NCBI GenBank assembly: GCA_943354045.1
Contig: CALRBF010000002.1
Location: 60,726-124,725 of the forward strand
Direction of reading: 5' to 3'
Source of the DNA: Parcubacteria group bacterium
Lineage (GTDB): Bacteria; Patescibacteriota; Minisyncoccia; SW-4-49-11
DNA length: 64,000 bases
A program made the translations under genes and the position numbers. The notes below the pieces were generated by a model. It saw only the letters and a list, made by a program, of their open reading frames with translations, did no database searches and was not told the DNA's origin. Of this stretch, positions 18,340 to 27,953 are shown piece after piece. Every line of letters begins with the position of its first letter. The first letter of the stretch is position 1.

Positions 18340-20460
18340 TTATCTCGCTGTTCTCTTTGCAATAATATCTTGTTGTACATTATTAGGTACCGGCTGATAA
18401 TCATTGAATTCCATAACTGCATTTCCTCGTCCTTGTGTCATAGAACGAAGTGTAGTTACATATCCAAACATTGAAGATAGAGGTACTTTTGCTGATACCA
18501 CCTTGAGTCCACCAGTTCTATCATTCATTTCTTCAATAAGACCTCGTCGTGAGTTCAAATCTCCTACTACATCTCCCATATATTGTTCTGGGATAGTTAC
18601 TTCCACTGCCATAATTGGCTCTAGAATAATAGGATTTGCTTTTTTTACAGCTGCTGAAAGAGCCATAGAACCTGCAATTTTGAAAGCTGATTCAGAAGAG
18701 TCAACATCATGATATGATCCATCATATACCGTTGCCTTGATATTAATCAATGGATATCCAGCTATAACACCTCGGTCAATAGATTCCTTAATACCCTTTT
18801 CAATAGCAGGTACATATTCTGACGGAATAGATCCTCCCTTTAATTCATTTCCAAAAATATAATGTTGTGGTTTCTTTGGATCAATTTCAACTGTTTCAGG
18901 ATCGAATGATTCAACACGAAGATATACATCTCCATATTGTCCTTTTCCTCCTGATTGTTTGATATATTTTCCTTGTGCTTCAGCAGAACTTTGAATAGTT
19001 TCTTTATAGGCTACTTGTGGCTGTCCTACATTTACTTCCACACCAAATTCTCGCTTCATACGATCTACAATAATATCCAAATGAAGCTCTCCCATTCCGG
19101 CAATAAGAGTATCTCCAGTAACTTCATCAGAGCTTACTTTAAGAGTTGGATCCTCATCAGATAATTTATGAAGAGCTAAACTCATTTTTTCTTGATCAAC
19201 TTTAGTCTTTGGCTCAAGTTTAATCTGAATAACGGGTTCTGGGATTACAATTTTCTCCAAGATAATAGGATTTTTCTCATCACAAAGAGTATCTCCAGTA
19301 GTGGTATTCTTGAGTCCTACAATAGCTCCAATTTCTCCTGCAGATAATTCATCTACTTCTGTTCGAGAATTAGCATGCATCAAAACAAGTCGAGAAATTC
19401 GCTCTTTCTCACCCTTAGTTGAGTTATATACATAACTTCCACTCTTTAGAGTTCCCGAATAGACTCGGAAGAATACTAATTGTCCAATATAAGGATCAGT
19501 TGCAATTTTGAAAGCAAGTCCTGCAAATGGTTCATTTTTATCTGCCTTTCGCTCTAATTCTTTTTCTTCATCATCTACATCAGTTCCTTTGGCTGCATCA
19601 ATATCCAGTGGAGATGGAAGATAATCAATAACAGCATCCAGAAGCTTTCGCACAATAGCAGTTCGAGAATCTCCTCCGAGTACTGGGAAAATCTTTGATT
19701 CAAGAGTTCCTCTTCGAATAGCATATTTCATCTCTTCGGTTGAGAGAACACCATCATTCAAGAATAATTCAATTAATCTATCATCTACTTCTGAGACTTT
19801 CTCCATCAATACTTGTCGATATTCTTCTACTTGCTCAAGCATATCTACGGGGATTTCAGCCTCAACAATTTCAGTCATACCAGCATCATCAGCATAGACA
19901 TAGGCTTTATTCTCAACCAAATCTACAAGACCTCGTATACCTTGCTCAAATCCAATAGGAAGCGCAATCACCACAGCATCTTTGGATAATCGCTCCTGAA
20001 TAGATGCAAATGATTTATAAAAATCTCCTCCAGTTTGATTGATTTTATTCACAAAACAAATTCGAGGCACATTATATCTATCAGCTTGTCGCCAAACTGT
20101 CTCAGATTGTGGCTCTACTCCAGATTTTCCATCAAATACCGTAACCGCACCATCGAGTACACGAAGAGATCGCTCCACTTCCATAGTAAAATCAACATGG
20201 CCAGGAGTATCAATAATATTAATTCTATGATCTTTCCAAAAACAAGTAGTAGCAGCTGAGGTAATAGTAATTCCTCGCTCTCGCTCTTGTGCCATCCAAT
20301 CCATTTCAGCCGCACCATCATGCACCTCACCAATTTTATGCTTTAATCCAGTGAAATACAAAATTCGCTCCGTAGTAGTAGTTTTACCTGCATCAATATG
20401 CGCAATAATTCCAATATTACGAACATCATCAAGAGGAATATCTTTGTGATCTTTGGCCAT
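18340..20460 (-). CDS. fusA: Elongation factor G
   Basis: G-domain [24 protein letters not shown]-equivalent, full five-domain length (706 aa). Confidence 0.95.
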   Translation of the reverse strand: MAKDHKDIPLDDVRNIGIIAHIDAGKTTTTERILYFTGLKHKIGEVHDGAAEMDWMAQERERGITITSAATTCFWKDHRINIIDTPGHVDFTMEVERSLRVLDGAVTVFDGKSGVEPQSETVWRQADRYNVPRICFVNKINQTGGDFYKSFASIQERLSKDAVVIALPIGFEQGIRGLVDLVENKAYVYADDAGMTEIVEAEIPVDMLEQVEEYRQVLMEKVSEVDDRLIELFLNDGVLSTEEMKYAIRRGTLESKIFPVLGGDSRTAIVRKLLDAVIDYLPSPLDIDAAKGTDVDDEEKELERKADKNEPFAGLAFKIATDPYIGQLVFFRVYSGTLKSGSYVYNSTKGEKERISRLVLMHANSRTEVDELSAGEIGAIVGLKNTTTGDTLCDEKNPIILEKIVIPEPVIQIKLEPKTKVDQEKMSLALHKLSDEDPTLKVSSDEVTGDTLIAGMGELHLDIIVDRMKREFGVEVNVGQPQVAYKETIQSSAEAQGKYIKQSGGKGQYGDVYLRVESFDPETVEIDPKKPQHYIFGNELKGGSIPSEYVPAIEKGIKESIDRGVIAGYPLINIKATVYDGSYHDVDSSESAFKIAGSMALSAAVKKANPIILEPIMAVEVTIPEQYMGDVVGDLNSRRGLIEEMNDRTGGLKVVSAKVPLSSMFGYVTTLRSMTQGRGNAVMEFNDYQPVPNNVQQDIIAKRTAR

Positions 20461-20549
20461 GGTATTTGATTATTAATTACTAATTATAGTACTTACCACT
20501 CAAATCCTGAACATGATATTCATAGACAGGATTCTTAGCAGTATTTCAA

Positions 20550-21017
20550 TTATCTCAAATGAGCAAAAGCTCGGTTTGCTTCCGCCATTCTCTGAGTATC
20601 ATCTTTTTTCTTGATAACAGAACCAGTTTTATTGAAAGCATCCATTAACTCTTCAGCTAATTTTTTATCAGTTGACTTACCTTTTTTCTTGCGTACAGCA
20701 TCTAGAATCCATCGAAATGCAAGAGAAGTTTTTCTTTCTGGTCGAACTTCTACCGGCACCTGATAATTAGCACCCCCAACTCTTCGAGATTTTACCTCAA
20801 CTGCAGGAGATACATTTTTTACCGCAGTATTGAATACATTCAAAGGATCTTGTGAATGATCTTTTTCAATAATATCCATAGCCCCATAAAATACATTTCG
20901 AGCTACTGATTTTTTACCATCCAACATAATATAGTTGATAAATTGAGAAACCAAAAGATTCTTGTATCGTGGATCAAGTTCGATTTCTCTGGTATAATTG
21001 CGCTTTCTTCTAGCCAT
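20550..21017 (-). CDS. rpsG: 30S ribosomal protein S7
   Basis: MARRKRNYTREIELDPRY...; conserved S7 length and motifs. Confidence 0.95.
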   Translation of the reverse strand: MARRKRNYTREIELDPRYKNLLVSQFINYIMLDGKKSVARNVFYGAMDIIEKDHSQDPLNVFNTAVKNVSPAVEVKSRRVGGANYQVPVEVRPERKTSLAFRWILDAVRKKKGKSTDKKLAEELMDAFNKTGSVIKKKDDTQRMAEANRAFAHLR

Positions 21018-21041
21018 AATATTACAATATCTTAATTAACC

Positions 21042-21455
21042 TTATTTCTTAGGTCTTTTTACCCCATATTTACTTCGCTCTTGAGATCGTCCATCTACTC
21101 CAGCAGTATCCAATACTCCTCGAACAATATGATATCGTACTCCAGGCAAATCTTTTACTCGCCCTCCTCTTAGCATTACTACTGAATGCTCTTGGAGATT
21201 ATGCCCCATTCCTGGAATATACGCAGTAACTTCTTGTCCATTAGATAATCGAACTCTTGCAATTTTACGCAAAGCTGAGTTGGGTTTTTTAGGAGTGGTA
21301 GTTGTAACTTTCACACATACTCCTCTTTTGAAAGGGGAATTACTCTCCATAGGCTTGTTTTTGAGAACATTAAAAGTTCTAGCCAATGCTGGAGACTTGG
21401 TTTTCTTTACTCCGGTCTTGCGACCTTTTCGTACTAATTGTTGTATAGTAGGCAT
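21042..21455 (-). CDS. rpsL: 30S ribosomal protein S12, with a ~14-16 aa insertion near the N-terminus
   Basis: [11 protein letters not shown]...[18 protein letters not shown]...GHNLQEHS...[14 protein letters not shown]. The extra segment [16 protein letters not shown] lies between ALA and KRGVC relative to E. coli S12. Confidence 0.95.
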   Translation of the reverse strand: MPTIQQLVRKGRKTGVKKTKSPALARTFNVLKNKPMESNSPFKRGVCVKVTTTTPKKPNSALRKIARVRLSNGQEVTAYIPGMGHNLQEHSVVMLRGGRVKDLPGVRYHIVRGVLDTAGVDGRSQERSKYGVKRPKK

Positions 21456-21589
21456 AAATAATAATTATAATTAGCAGGGTGAGCATTTCATACACCTATG
21501 AACGCTCAAAAGCACACCTCTTTTGGGAACTTGTTCTATTGTAGTATATATATTGTTATTTGTCAATATAAGATTGGATTTTCATAGCG

Positions 21590-21640
21590 GAGGCTTTATC
21601 CCCCATTTATTTTTGTCTCCCTTTGGAGGAGGAAATTAAA
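21590..21640 (+). repeat. GC-rich repeat modules in the str-operon leader (GGAGGCTTTATCCCCCATTTATTTTT + GTCTCCCTTTGGAGGAGG)
   Basis: The 20-mer cctccaaagggagacaaaaa is identical at 13648-13667 (opposite orientation). Module 1 resembles the hairpin at 14741-14768. Confidence 0.55.
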
Positions 21641-21919
21641 TCTGTCCCTCGCTGGCGAGGGGGTACCGCTTTAGTGGTAGGTGTGGATGTTTTTTGAATT
21701 ATCCTCCTCCGTCGCAAATAAAATTTGCTCCTGTGAAACCTCTCGGTTTCCCAACCTTCCTCCACAGGAAAACTCCCGTTTTCCTGACACCTTTCCCCAC
21801 CTCCCCCAAGGGAGGACAGTACAAGTACTCATTGACCTGCGTCGGAATAATTTAATGTATAGTCACCTGTTATTGTAAATTGACAATATATACATATTGT
21901 GTTATGAATAAGGAGCTCT

Positions 21920-23068
21920 ATGCACATTCACAAACTCATGGCCACTCAAAATGTTCTAACAAGACTGAAGTCCATCTCTGGGCTGTCACTCCGAAGCATC
22001 TTGATATTCTGTTTCTTTGGCTCCACCGTATTCATCACTATCTTAATGGTCTTCTTGATCAAAAGCGTAGGTGGTAATTTCCTTGAAGTACTAATAACTT
22101 TTCTGGTCACACCCATTGCATGGATAGCACTATTAGCACGTAGATTCATAGGGCTGGACCAGACCAATGGTTCACAAGGTGCTATTCTAGAATTTCTTGG
22201 GAAACAACCAGATCCCGCAAAATATGAGTTAAGACTAATACCCATACCCAGTGGTAAATTCAGAAGAGAACTCCCTCTGGATGGTTTTTGGGAAGGATTA
22301 TTAAGGCCGCGTGTCGTACAAGGATGGTATATATACATAAAAGGATTACATACAAGAGCCTGTTTAATTGATATTACTCAAAGGACAATAGAGTATACAA
22401 CCCCCAAAGATGGTTTGATTGATATACCAGAGGAAAGAGGTGGGGGATCTATTGCGATAAAGAAAGCTATAATACCATATTGGGTAACAAATCCGGTCAA
22501 GGCATTCTACAATGTTCTTGCATCAGAAAGTGATAAAGATCCCAATAAAGCTGGAGAACCTGTAAATGGGTATATATTTGAGTTAGAAAATTACATTAGG
22601 ATATCAATTGCGAAAGCAGTCTCGCTGAGTGACCTCGAATTAGATGAGTTATTAACGAGGGCTCATGCACTTGGTCCAGACATAACAAAAATATTAAGGG
22701 AAAAATTGGAAGAAAATGATATTGGAGTAGGTATTGGAACAGTAGACTCTCCTGATGCAACCCCCTCTGATAAATATCTTGATGATAGGGAACTAACTGC
22801 AAGTAGAAGAAAAGAGGAAGAAGCTAGACTAGTTGAATATGAGGCCCTACAAAAAAGGATATTCCTCTTGATGGGATTAGATGAACATGGTCAGAGAGAT
22901 CCAAATAGAGTCCCTGATAATGCAACGATGACTCTAGATCAAATTCTACAAGATAGATATGTGATGCAGATAGCAGAAAAAGCAGGTCCCATCTCAATTA
23001 ATTCCCTAGGAGGAAATTTTAATGACATTGTAAAAGGAATAATGACTAATATCCCGCCACAAACATAA
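21920..23068 (+). CDS. Hypothetical membrane-anchored protein (382 aa), higher-GC islet
   Basis: N-terminal TM helices then a soluble domain. GC about 42%. No family recognised. Confidence 0.45.
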   Translation: MHIHKLMATQNVLTRLKSISGLSLRSILIFCFFGSTVFITILMVFLIKSVGGNFLEVLITFLVTPIAWIALLARRFIGLDQTNGSQGAILEFLGKQPDPAKYELRLIPIPSGKFRRELPLDGFWEGLLRPRVVQGWYIYIKGLHTRACLIDITQRTIEYTTPKDGLIDIPEERGGGSIAIKKAIIPYWVTNPVKAFYNVLASESDKDPNKAGEPVNGYIFELENYIRISIAKAVSLSDLELDELLTRAHALGPDITKILREKLEENDIGVGIGTVDSPDATPSDKYLDDRELTASRRKEEEARLVEYEALQKRIFLLMGLDEHGQRDPNRVPDNATMTLDQILQDRYVMQIAEKAGPISINSLGGNFNDIVKGIMTNIPPQT

Positions 23069-23088
23069 TTACCTCAGGCCTAACAAAG

Positions 23089-23119
23089 GTCATTCTCAAC
23101 CAGCTCTCCCAAGAGCTGG
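23089..23119 (+). terminator. Intrinsic terminator
   Basis: accagctct-ccca-agagctggt followed by T8. Confidence 0.7.
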
Positions 23120-23159
23120 TCTTTTTTTTGTCTATATCTATTGACTTTTTAATCTAAAT

Positions 23160-23957
23160 ATGCTAATGTCTGAGAGACCCTCATTGGAGAAATCCATGTC
23201 TTTAGCAAGTGTTATCATTTCTGCTCTGATCATTTTCATCGTCCTCATGGCATTTTCTTTCTCAAAGAATCTACCAGCGAATATCAGAAATTCATCAGGT
23301 GGAGCTTCCACCCCTCCAAGCCCTTCTTCGGCACCATCCTCCTCCCCTGCTCCGGCAAGTGGTGGGAGTGGATGGCATATCCCAAGTTGGCTAGGACCTC
23401 TATTCTTGACCATAGCTGGACTATGGTTGATTCTAAAAGTCTTAGCCTTCAAGGGTGCTCCTGACAATTTGGAAGCGGTTCTTGCTGTTATCATAGCATT
23501 AGCTGGAGCAATTCTGCTCAAAGATGGGAAGAGATTTGCTGGATTCTTTCTTTCAGGCCTCATTATTGTACTGGTACTATTCCCAGGGATAATGACCTGG
23601 CTTCAAGGAGTTCGCCAATCTCAGATTAACCCCCCAGGGGAAATGGCTCCCATCGTTATCAATCGCGATGGTGAGTACGATCTCCCAGCACGCCCCCTCA
23701 AGGTATGCTTTACACGAACCGGAGATACAGCTAATCTCCTGGTGAATAAGGTTGATATCGCAGGAGTTATCTATGAGCAAAGTGAAGAAGGTTGTAAAGA
23801 TATTTCAGCAAAAGGGAAAGTATTTATATCCCTTTTATCAGGAAAACCCTACTCGGAACAAGTTAAGTCTCAGATTGGGATGACGGATGTGGATAATAAT
23901 TATGAGTATTACAAAAAAATAGGTTTTGGAGACTATCCCATAATAAAAGCTCGTTGA
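23160..23957 (+). CDS. Hypothetical membrane protein with Ser/Pro-rich linker (265 aa), highest-GC segment of window (~47%)
   Basis: TM-SGGASTPPSPSSAPSSSPAPASGG-TM-TM topology. The antisense ORF 23138-23563 was judged spurious. Confidence 0.45.
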   Translation: MLMSERPSLEKSMSLASVIISALIIFIVLMAFSFSKNLPANIRNSSGGASTPPSPSSAPSSSPAPASGGSGWHIPSWLGPLFLTIAGLWLILKVLAFKGAPDNLEAVLAVIIALAGAILLKDGKRFAGFFLSGLIIVLVLFPGIMTWLQGVRQSQINPPGEMAPIVINRDGEYDLPARPLKVCFTRTGDTANLLVNKVDIAGVIYEQSEEGCKDISAKGKVFISLLSGKPYSEQVKSQIGMTDVDNNYEYYKKIGFGDYPIIKAR

Positions 23958-23971
23958 GCTTTTACATACAG

Positions 23972-24008
23972 ACACCCTTTACGTGAGTATTGGGTGTTTT
24001 TCTTTATT
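23972..24008. terminator. Intrinsic terminator (acaccc-N14-gggtgt + T-run) between convergent genes
   Basis: Seen directly; a second small hairpin (agctc-gtt-gagct, tttt) overlaps the stop codon. Confidence 0.55.
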
Positions 24009-24017
24009 ATTAATATT

Positions 24018-24773
24018 TTATACTAAGGCTGAGATAATATATTGGGTTATTAGGAAAGCCCCCATAATTATCATAAGTCCCACAACTGCATTCCTAATTC
24101 CATCCAAGGCCTGACCTACTTCTCCTGGATTAGAACTTGTCATATATTTAAATCCTGACATAACTAGAATAGCCACAGTAATAGTTCCTAATATTCCTAA
24201 CAGAGCATTAATAATACCCGCTATAAGGTCTGGGATACTATTGAACTTAATAGGATTAGTGAATCCTACACTTTGTGGAGCTGATGCATCAGATGTGTTA
24301 CCCCCGGAACCATTTGGAACTGTAGCAGAACCATCAGGAGCTCCTCCTCCATTTGGAACTGTAGTAGATCCATCGGGTGCTGTAGCTACTCCAGGATTTC
24401 CTGGTGGTTTTTTACTAATGTCACATCTCATAGGGTTACCTGTACTACCCACACTACAAGTTCCTAATTGTCCTCCTGACTTACAGGCATCTCCTGATTT
24501 ATAACAATCCTCCCAACCATTTGCGGTAGTATTACAGTACAGGGTATCACCCCCTGTAGCTCCTCTTCTATCACAAAACCCATTTGCAGTAGATGTTTGT
24601 ACAGGCCCCCCTGGTGCTGTAGGGGTTTTTGACTGATAAGTACAGGTAGCTCCATTTGATTTACCAGAACAAGCCGTATTTTGTGCCGCTGTATTATCTA
24701 CGGTCTGAGCAAAGCTATTCTGAGGGATAATTATTCCTATACCTAATAAAAGTGAAAAGATAATATATTTCAT
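24018..24773 (-). CDS. Type IV secretion system pilin-like protein (VirB2/TrbC-like, PF18895 style) with Cys-rich N-terminal ectodomain
   Basis: Signal peptide. Eleven Cys in the mature N-terminal part, then a Gly/Pro-rich linker. C-terminal pilin module IPDLIAGIINALLGILGTITVAILVMSGFKYMTSSNPGEVGQ..AVVGLMIIMGAFLITQYI: hydrophobic helix, G.xYxTSxxNP, hydrophobic helix. Confidence 0.65.
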   Translation of the reverse strand: MKYIIFSLLLGIGIIIPQNSFAQTVDNTAAQNTACSGKSNGATCTYQSKTPTAPGGPVQTSTANGFCDRRGATGGDTLYCNTTANGWEDCYKSGDACKSGGQLGTCSVGSTGNPMRCDISKKPPGNPGVATAPDGSTTVPNGGGAPDGSATVPNGSGGNTSDASAPQSVGFTNPIKFNSIPDLIAGIINALLGILGTITVAILVMSGFKYMTSSNPGEVGQALDGIRNAVVGLMIIMGAFLITQYIISALV

Positions 24774-24774
24774 A

Positions 24775-25188
24775 CTAATTTACATTTAATGGGATATTAA
24801 TACTAGCGGTTTCATCTGGAGGGAATACAAATCCTAATACGGCATTGGATGCGACAAAGGCAAAGAATATAATAAGTAGACCTATGATTGCATTTACCAT
24901 TCTTTTTTGAGCTGATTCAGCCTGCTTCTCATCTCCTCCTGCGGTTGCATATTCAAATCCTGCATATAGGAATATAATAAATATCACAATTCCAATAAAT
25001 CCTAATATCCACCTGATAATAATCGATACTGTCTCTATGAGGCTTGGTCCCTCAGCTATTCCAGTATTAATTGGGATTGTCCCAGGATCAGGGAGAGTAG
25101 CATCAGGGGCTCTCTGAGCTAAGGAAATATTAGAGCCCAATAAAAATCCTCCCATTAATAAAGCTATTATAATCAATAAGACTCTCAT
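24775..25188 (-). CDS. T4SS pilin-like protein (short paralog)
   Basis: Signal peptide plus IIRWILGFIGIVIFIIFLYAGFEYATAGGDEKQAESAQKRMVNAIIGLLIIFFAFVASNAVLGFVF. Confidence 0.65.
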   Translation of the reverse strand: MRVLLIIIALLMGGFLLGSNISLAQRAPDATLPDPGTIPINTGIAEGPSLIETVSIIIRWILGFIGIVIFIIFLYAGFEYATAGGDEKQAESAQKRMVNAIIGLLIIFFAFVASNAVLGFVFPPDETASINIPLNVN

Positions 25189-25282
25189 ATCTATTTTACT
25201 ATTCTATATATTACAAGTATATCAAGTATTCTATTATCTGACAAGAATACTATATTATTTGAATATGTATTCTCTAAACAAT

Positions 25283-25305
25283 AAAAAGGGATATAATCCC
25301 TTTTT
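25283..25305. terminator. Perfect palindromic hairpin aaaaagggat-ata-atccctttttt inside the pilin gene array (bidirectional intrinsic terminator)
   Basis: 10-bp stem flanked by A5/T5+ runs. Sits in the 144-nt gap after the 25333-25716 pilin. Confidence 0.6.
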
Positions 25306-25332
25306 ATTGTTTCATAGTATCTATCAATTTGA

Positions 25333-25716
25333 TTAATTTCCTGGGAATACGAATGACAATATTGCATTTGAAGCTACAAAGGCAAAGAATATAATAATAA
25401 GTCCAATTACAGCGTTAATCATTCGAGACTGTGCAGTTTTTGCTTTTCCTTCATCTCCACCAGCTGTTGCATATTCAAATCCTGCAAATAAGAAAATAAT
25501 GAATATTACGATTCCGATAAATCCTAATGCCCATTGAATAACTACTTGTACTGTAGCCACAAGGTCAGTAGATTGATAAGTACCAGCTACTTGAGGTATT
25601 TCACCTATAACTCTAGTATCTTTTACGGGAGTTGCAGCTCCAGCTAAAGTAGGTGCTAATAATAATACTGGTAATAATACTCTTGTTACTATTGATTTTA
25701 TCTTGGAGGTATTCAT
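25333..25716 (-). CDS. T4SS pilin-like protein (short paralog; likely the major expressed copy given the downstream terminator)
   Basis: C-terminal module about 80% identical to 24775-25188; the N-terminal mature region is divergent. Start MNTSKIKSIVTRVLLPVLLLAPTLAGAA chosen at 25716 (ORF-track 25767 adds 17 implausible residues). Confidence 0.6.
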   Translation of the reverse strand: MNTSKIKSIVTRVLLPVLLLAPTLAGAATPVKDTRVIGEIPQVAGTYQSTDLVATVQVVIQWALGFIGIVIFIIFLFAGFEYATAGGDEGKAKTAQSRMINAVIGLIIIFFAFVASNAILSFVFPGN

Positions 25717-25815
25717 AAGAATATCTATAATTATTAAATAATATGTCCTATAAGTACATATTATCATATAATATATACTTATGCAAGTAATAGCATTGTG
25801 GATAAGTATATTATA

Positions 25816-26154
25816 TTATAAGCCAAAGACAAATCCCAAGACTGCATTAGATACCACAAAGGCCAATCCTACGATAAAAACCCCTATTACTGCTGCTGTA
25901 ATTCTACTTATAGCTTCTTCGGTTTTTTTAGGATCTCCTCCTGCTGTTGCATATTGAAATCCTGAAAAGAGTATGAGAATAAATAATATTACCCCTATTA
26001 ACCCTAGGCTCCATCTTACAATAGTAGATACAAAGGTAAATATATCCCCTTGTTCTGTCACCCCAGTACCAGTAGGAATACCTAAAACGGGTGGCACAGA
26101 TTCCTGAGCTTTTGCTGTTGCTATGATAAAATTAGCTATAAGTTTTTCTAACAT
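25816..26154 (-). CDS. T4SS pilin-like protein (short paralog)
   Basis: IVRWSLGLIGVILFILILFSGFQYATAGGDPKKTEEAISRITAAVIGVFIVGLAFVVSNAVLGFVF. Start at 26154 (MLEKLIANFIIATAKAQ) avoids a 77-nt overlap with the upstream gene. Confidence 0.6.
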   Translation of the reverse strand: MLEKLIANFIIATAKAQESVPPVLGIPTGTGVTEQGDIFTFVSTIVRWSLGLIGVILFILILFSGFQYATAGGDPKKTEEAISRITAAVIGVFIVGLAFVVSNAVLGFVFGL

Positions 26155-26164
26155 ATATACGATA

Positions 26165-26812
26165 TTAAGACCCTGCTGCGAGCAAACCACTTGTGACAAA
26201 ATTAGTGATAAGGAATGCGCCCATGATAATAAGTAATCCAATCACGGCATTGGTAATAGCTCCTGTAGCAGCGGCTGTTTGACTAGCATTTCCAGAGGAT
26301 ATCATATAGAGATACCCTTGTAAAACTATGATTATAAAAAATACTGTTCCTAAAATTCCTAGTATCCAGCGTATAATATTAGCCACATATCCAATAAGTG
26401 TTCCCCCCGTATTAAGTCCTGATCCAGCATTTTTGAATTGATTCAAACCCTGGGATAGTCCAGTTGATCCACCACTTGTAGATGTTTCAGTTGGAGAATT
26501 TGGTTTCGTTGGGGTTTGTTTAGTATCTGTTGCAGGCTGTAATGTATTGGCTTTAGGTGCACATACAATTTCTGTTGCTTGATTCTGAATACATGCTTGT
26601 CCAGAACCACACTTAATAGAAGCATCTCCTGTACAAATACCCTTACTATCTGCTTGATTTGTTAAACATTTTGTAGCACCATCTACTGTTACACATACTT
26701 TTCCCGAGGTACAATCTAGTCCAGATCCACAGGCTGCTAAAGCATTATAGGTATTCCCCATAAATCCTATTACAAACAGAATTACTAAACTTGTTGATAA
26801 AATACATTTCAT
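26165..26812 (-). CDS. T4SS pilin-like protein with Cys-rich N-terminal ectodomain
   Basis: Signal peptide. Fourteen Cys (CGSGLDCTSGKVCVTVDGATKC...). Thr/Pro linker. Pilin module IIRWILGILGTVFFIIIVLQGYLYMISSGNASQ...AVIGLLIIMGAFLITNFV. Confidence 0.65.
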   Translation of the reverse strand: MKCILSTSLVILFVIGFMGNTYNALAACGSGLDCTSGKVCVTVDGATKCLTNQADSKGICTGDASIKCGSGQACIQNQATEIVCAPKANTLQPATDTKQTPTKPNSPTETSTSGGSTGLSQGLNQFKNAGSGLNTGGTLIGYVANIIRWILGILGTVFFIIIVLQGYLYMISSGNASQTAAATGAITNAVIGLLIIMGAFLITNFVTSGLLAAGS

Positions 26813-26842
26813 AATATCTATATTTAATTATTTTTAATTATA

Positions 26843-27949
26843 TCATCTTTTTCTTAATTTCCAAATAAATAATCCTAGTCCCCCAGCAAGAAATAGTATT
26901 CCTCCTATCAAAATAGCTATATTTCCGAATGTTTTAGATTTTGCTGGCTGTGTAGTTGTATTCGTATCAGGGGTAGGAGTATTGGTGGAGAGTAACACTG
27001 TTCCCTGCTCTTTTTTTGATAAATTATAAGTGGAGATTTGATTATTTTGATTAATCAATAGTTCATTTCCAGATTGTCCAATCGAATATATATCAGTAAC
27101 TATTGGATTTAATGATATATTTGATTGCTCCTGCCCTTGCAAATTATATTGTATCAAATTACCATTTGTAGTTAATACAGCTATCGTATCATTATTCAGT
27201 AATACAGCTTTCCTGTTACTCATATTAATACTACTTCCTACTTGATTACTACTCCAATCGAAAACTTTTATCTGACTATTATTATATTCCAAAAAATAAT
27301 TTAATTTTGGACTGGTTGAAATTTGATAATTACTACTTTTTTGGTATACAAAGTTTTTCTTATTACCAACAAGATACCCATCAACTAATGGGATTATTTG
27401 ATGGTCTTCATTTGCTATAATTTGTTTATTAATATCCACATTAGATGGTATATTAGAGTATAGAATATTAAATTTAGACAGATCATTGGTGGGAGCAACT
27501 GTGATATCTTTATTATTAAATACATATATAATTTCATTATCAGAATACCAGCCAACTAAATTAGTTTTATCATTTAGTTGTATTTTATTTTTTGTATTAA
27601 AATCATATACCCACCATTGATTATCGGGAGATTTTCTTGAACTATCAAAAAATGGTGCTTGATATTTTGGAAATGATATATTGGGAGGATAAAGTAACAT
27701 TTTAGATTGTTCAGGAGAAATTGATACTAAGTTAGTAGCAGAAGGTATTAAATCAAATATCTCTGACTTATCACCAGTAATAACATTTTGTTTCACAATA
27801 GCCCCTGCATATTGATCAAAATATAAAATTTCATTATTTACAGCAAAACTTGGATATAGGAAACTTGAGTATATACTGGTATCCGCATATACTGGAGAAA
27901 TAGAATAGAAAGATGCTATTAGTAAAAATAGACTTAAGATTTTATTCAT
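26843..27949 (-). CDS. Secreted N/Q/S-rich beta-propeller-like surface protein with C-terminal Thr/Pro stalk, TM anchor and KLRKR tail
   Basis: Signal peptide MNKILSLFLLIASFYSISPVYA (start 27949 preferred over 28042). Repeated aromatic-rich beta-strand segments. C-terminus TPTPDTNTTTQPAKSKTFGNIAILIGGILFLAGGLGLFIWKLRKR resembles a tripartite sorting signal but lacks LPXTG. Confidence 0.5.
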   Translation of the reverse strand: MNKILSLFLLIASFYSISPVYADTSIYSSFLYPSFAVNNEILYFDQYAGAIVKQNVITGDKSEIFDLIPSATNLVSISPEQSKMLLYPPNISFPKYQAPFFDSSRKSPDNQWWVYDFNTKNKIQLNDKTNLVGWYSDNEIIYVFNNKDITVAPTNDLSKFNILYSNIPSNVDINKQIIANEDHQIIPLVDGYLVGNKKNFVYQKSSNYQISTSPKLNYFLEYNNSQIKVFDWSSNQVGSSINMSNRKAVLLNNDTIAVLTTNGNLIQYNLQGQEQSNISLNPIVTDIYSIGQSGNELLINQNNQISTYNLSKKEQGTVLLSTNTPTPDTNTTTQPAKSKTFGNIAILIGGILFLAGGLGLFIWKLRKR

Positions 27950-27953
27950 ATTG

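Noticed and set aside
21681-22077. Two 65-aa plus-strand ORFs in the rpsL upstream region
   Set aside because: The region is composed of GC-rich hairpin repeat modules and is the divergent promoter/leader region; ORFs have no protein-like features.
23138-23563. 141-aa minus-strand ORF
   Set aside because: Antisense to the TM-rich plus-strand ORF 23160-23957. Its translation is Pro/Ala/Gly-rich shadow of a Ser/Pro linker; the plus-strand gene is preferred.
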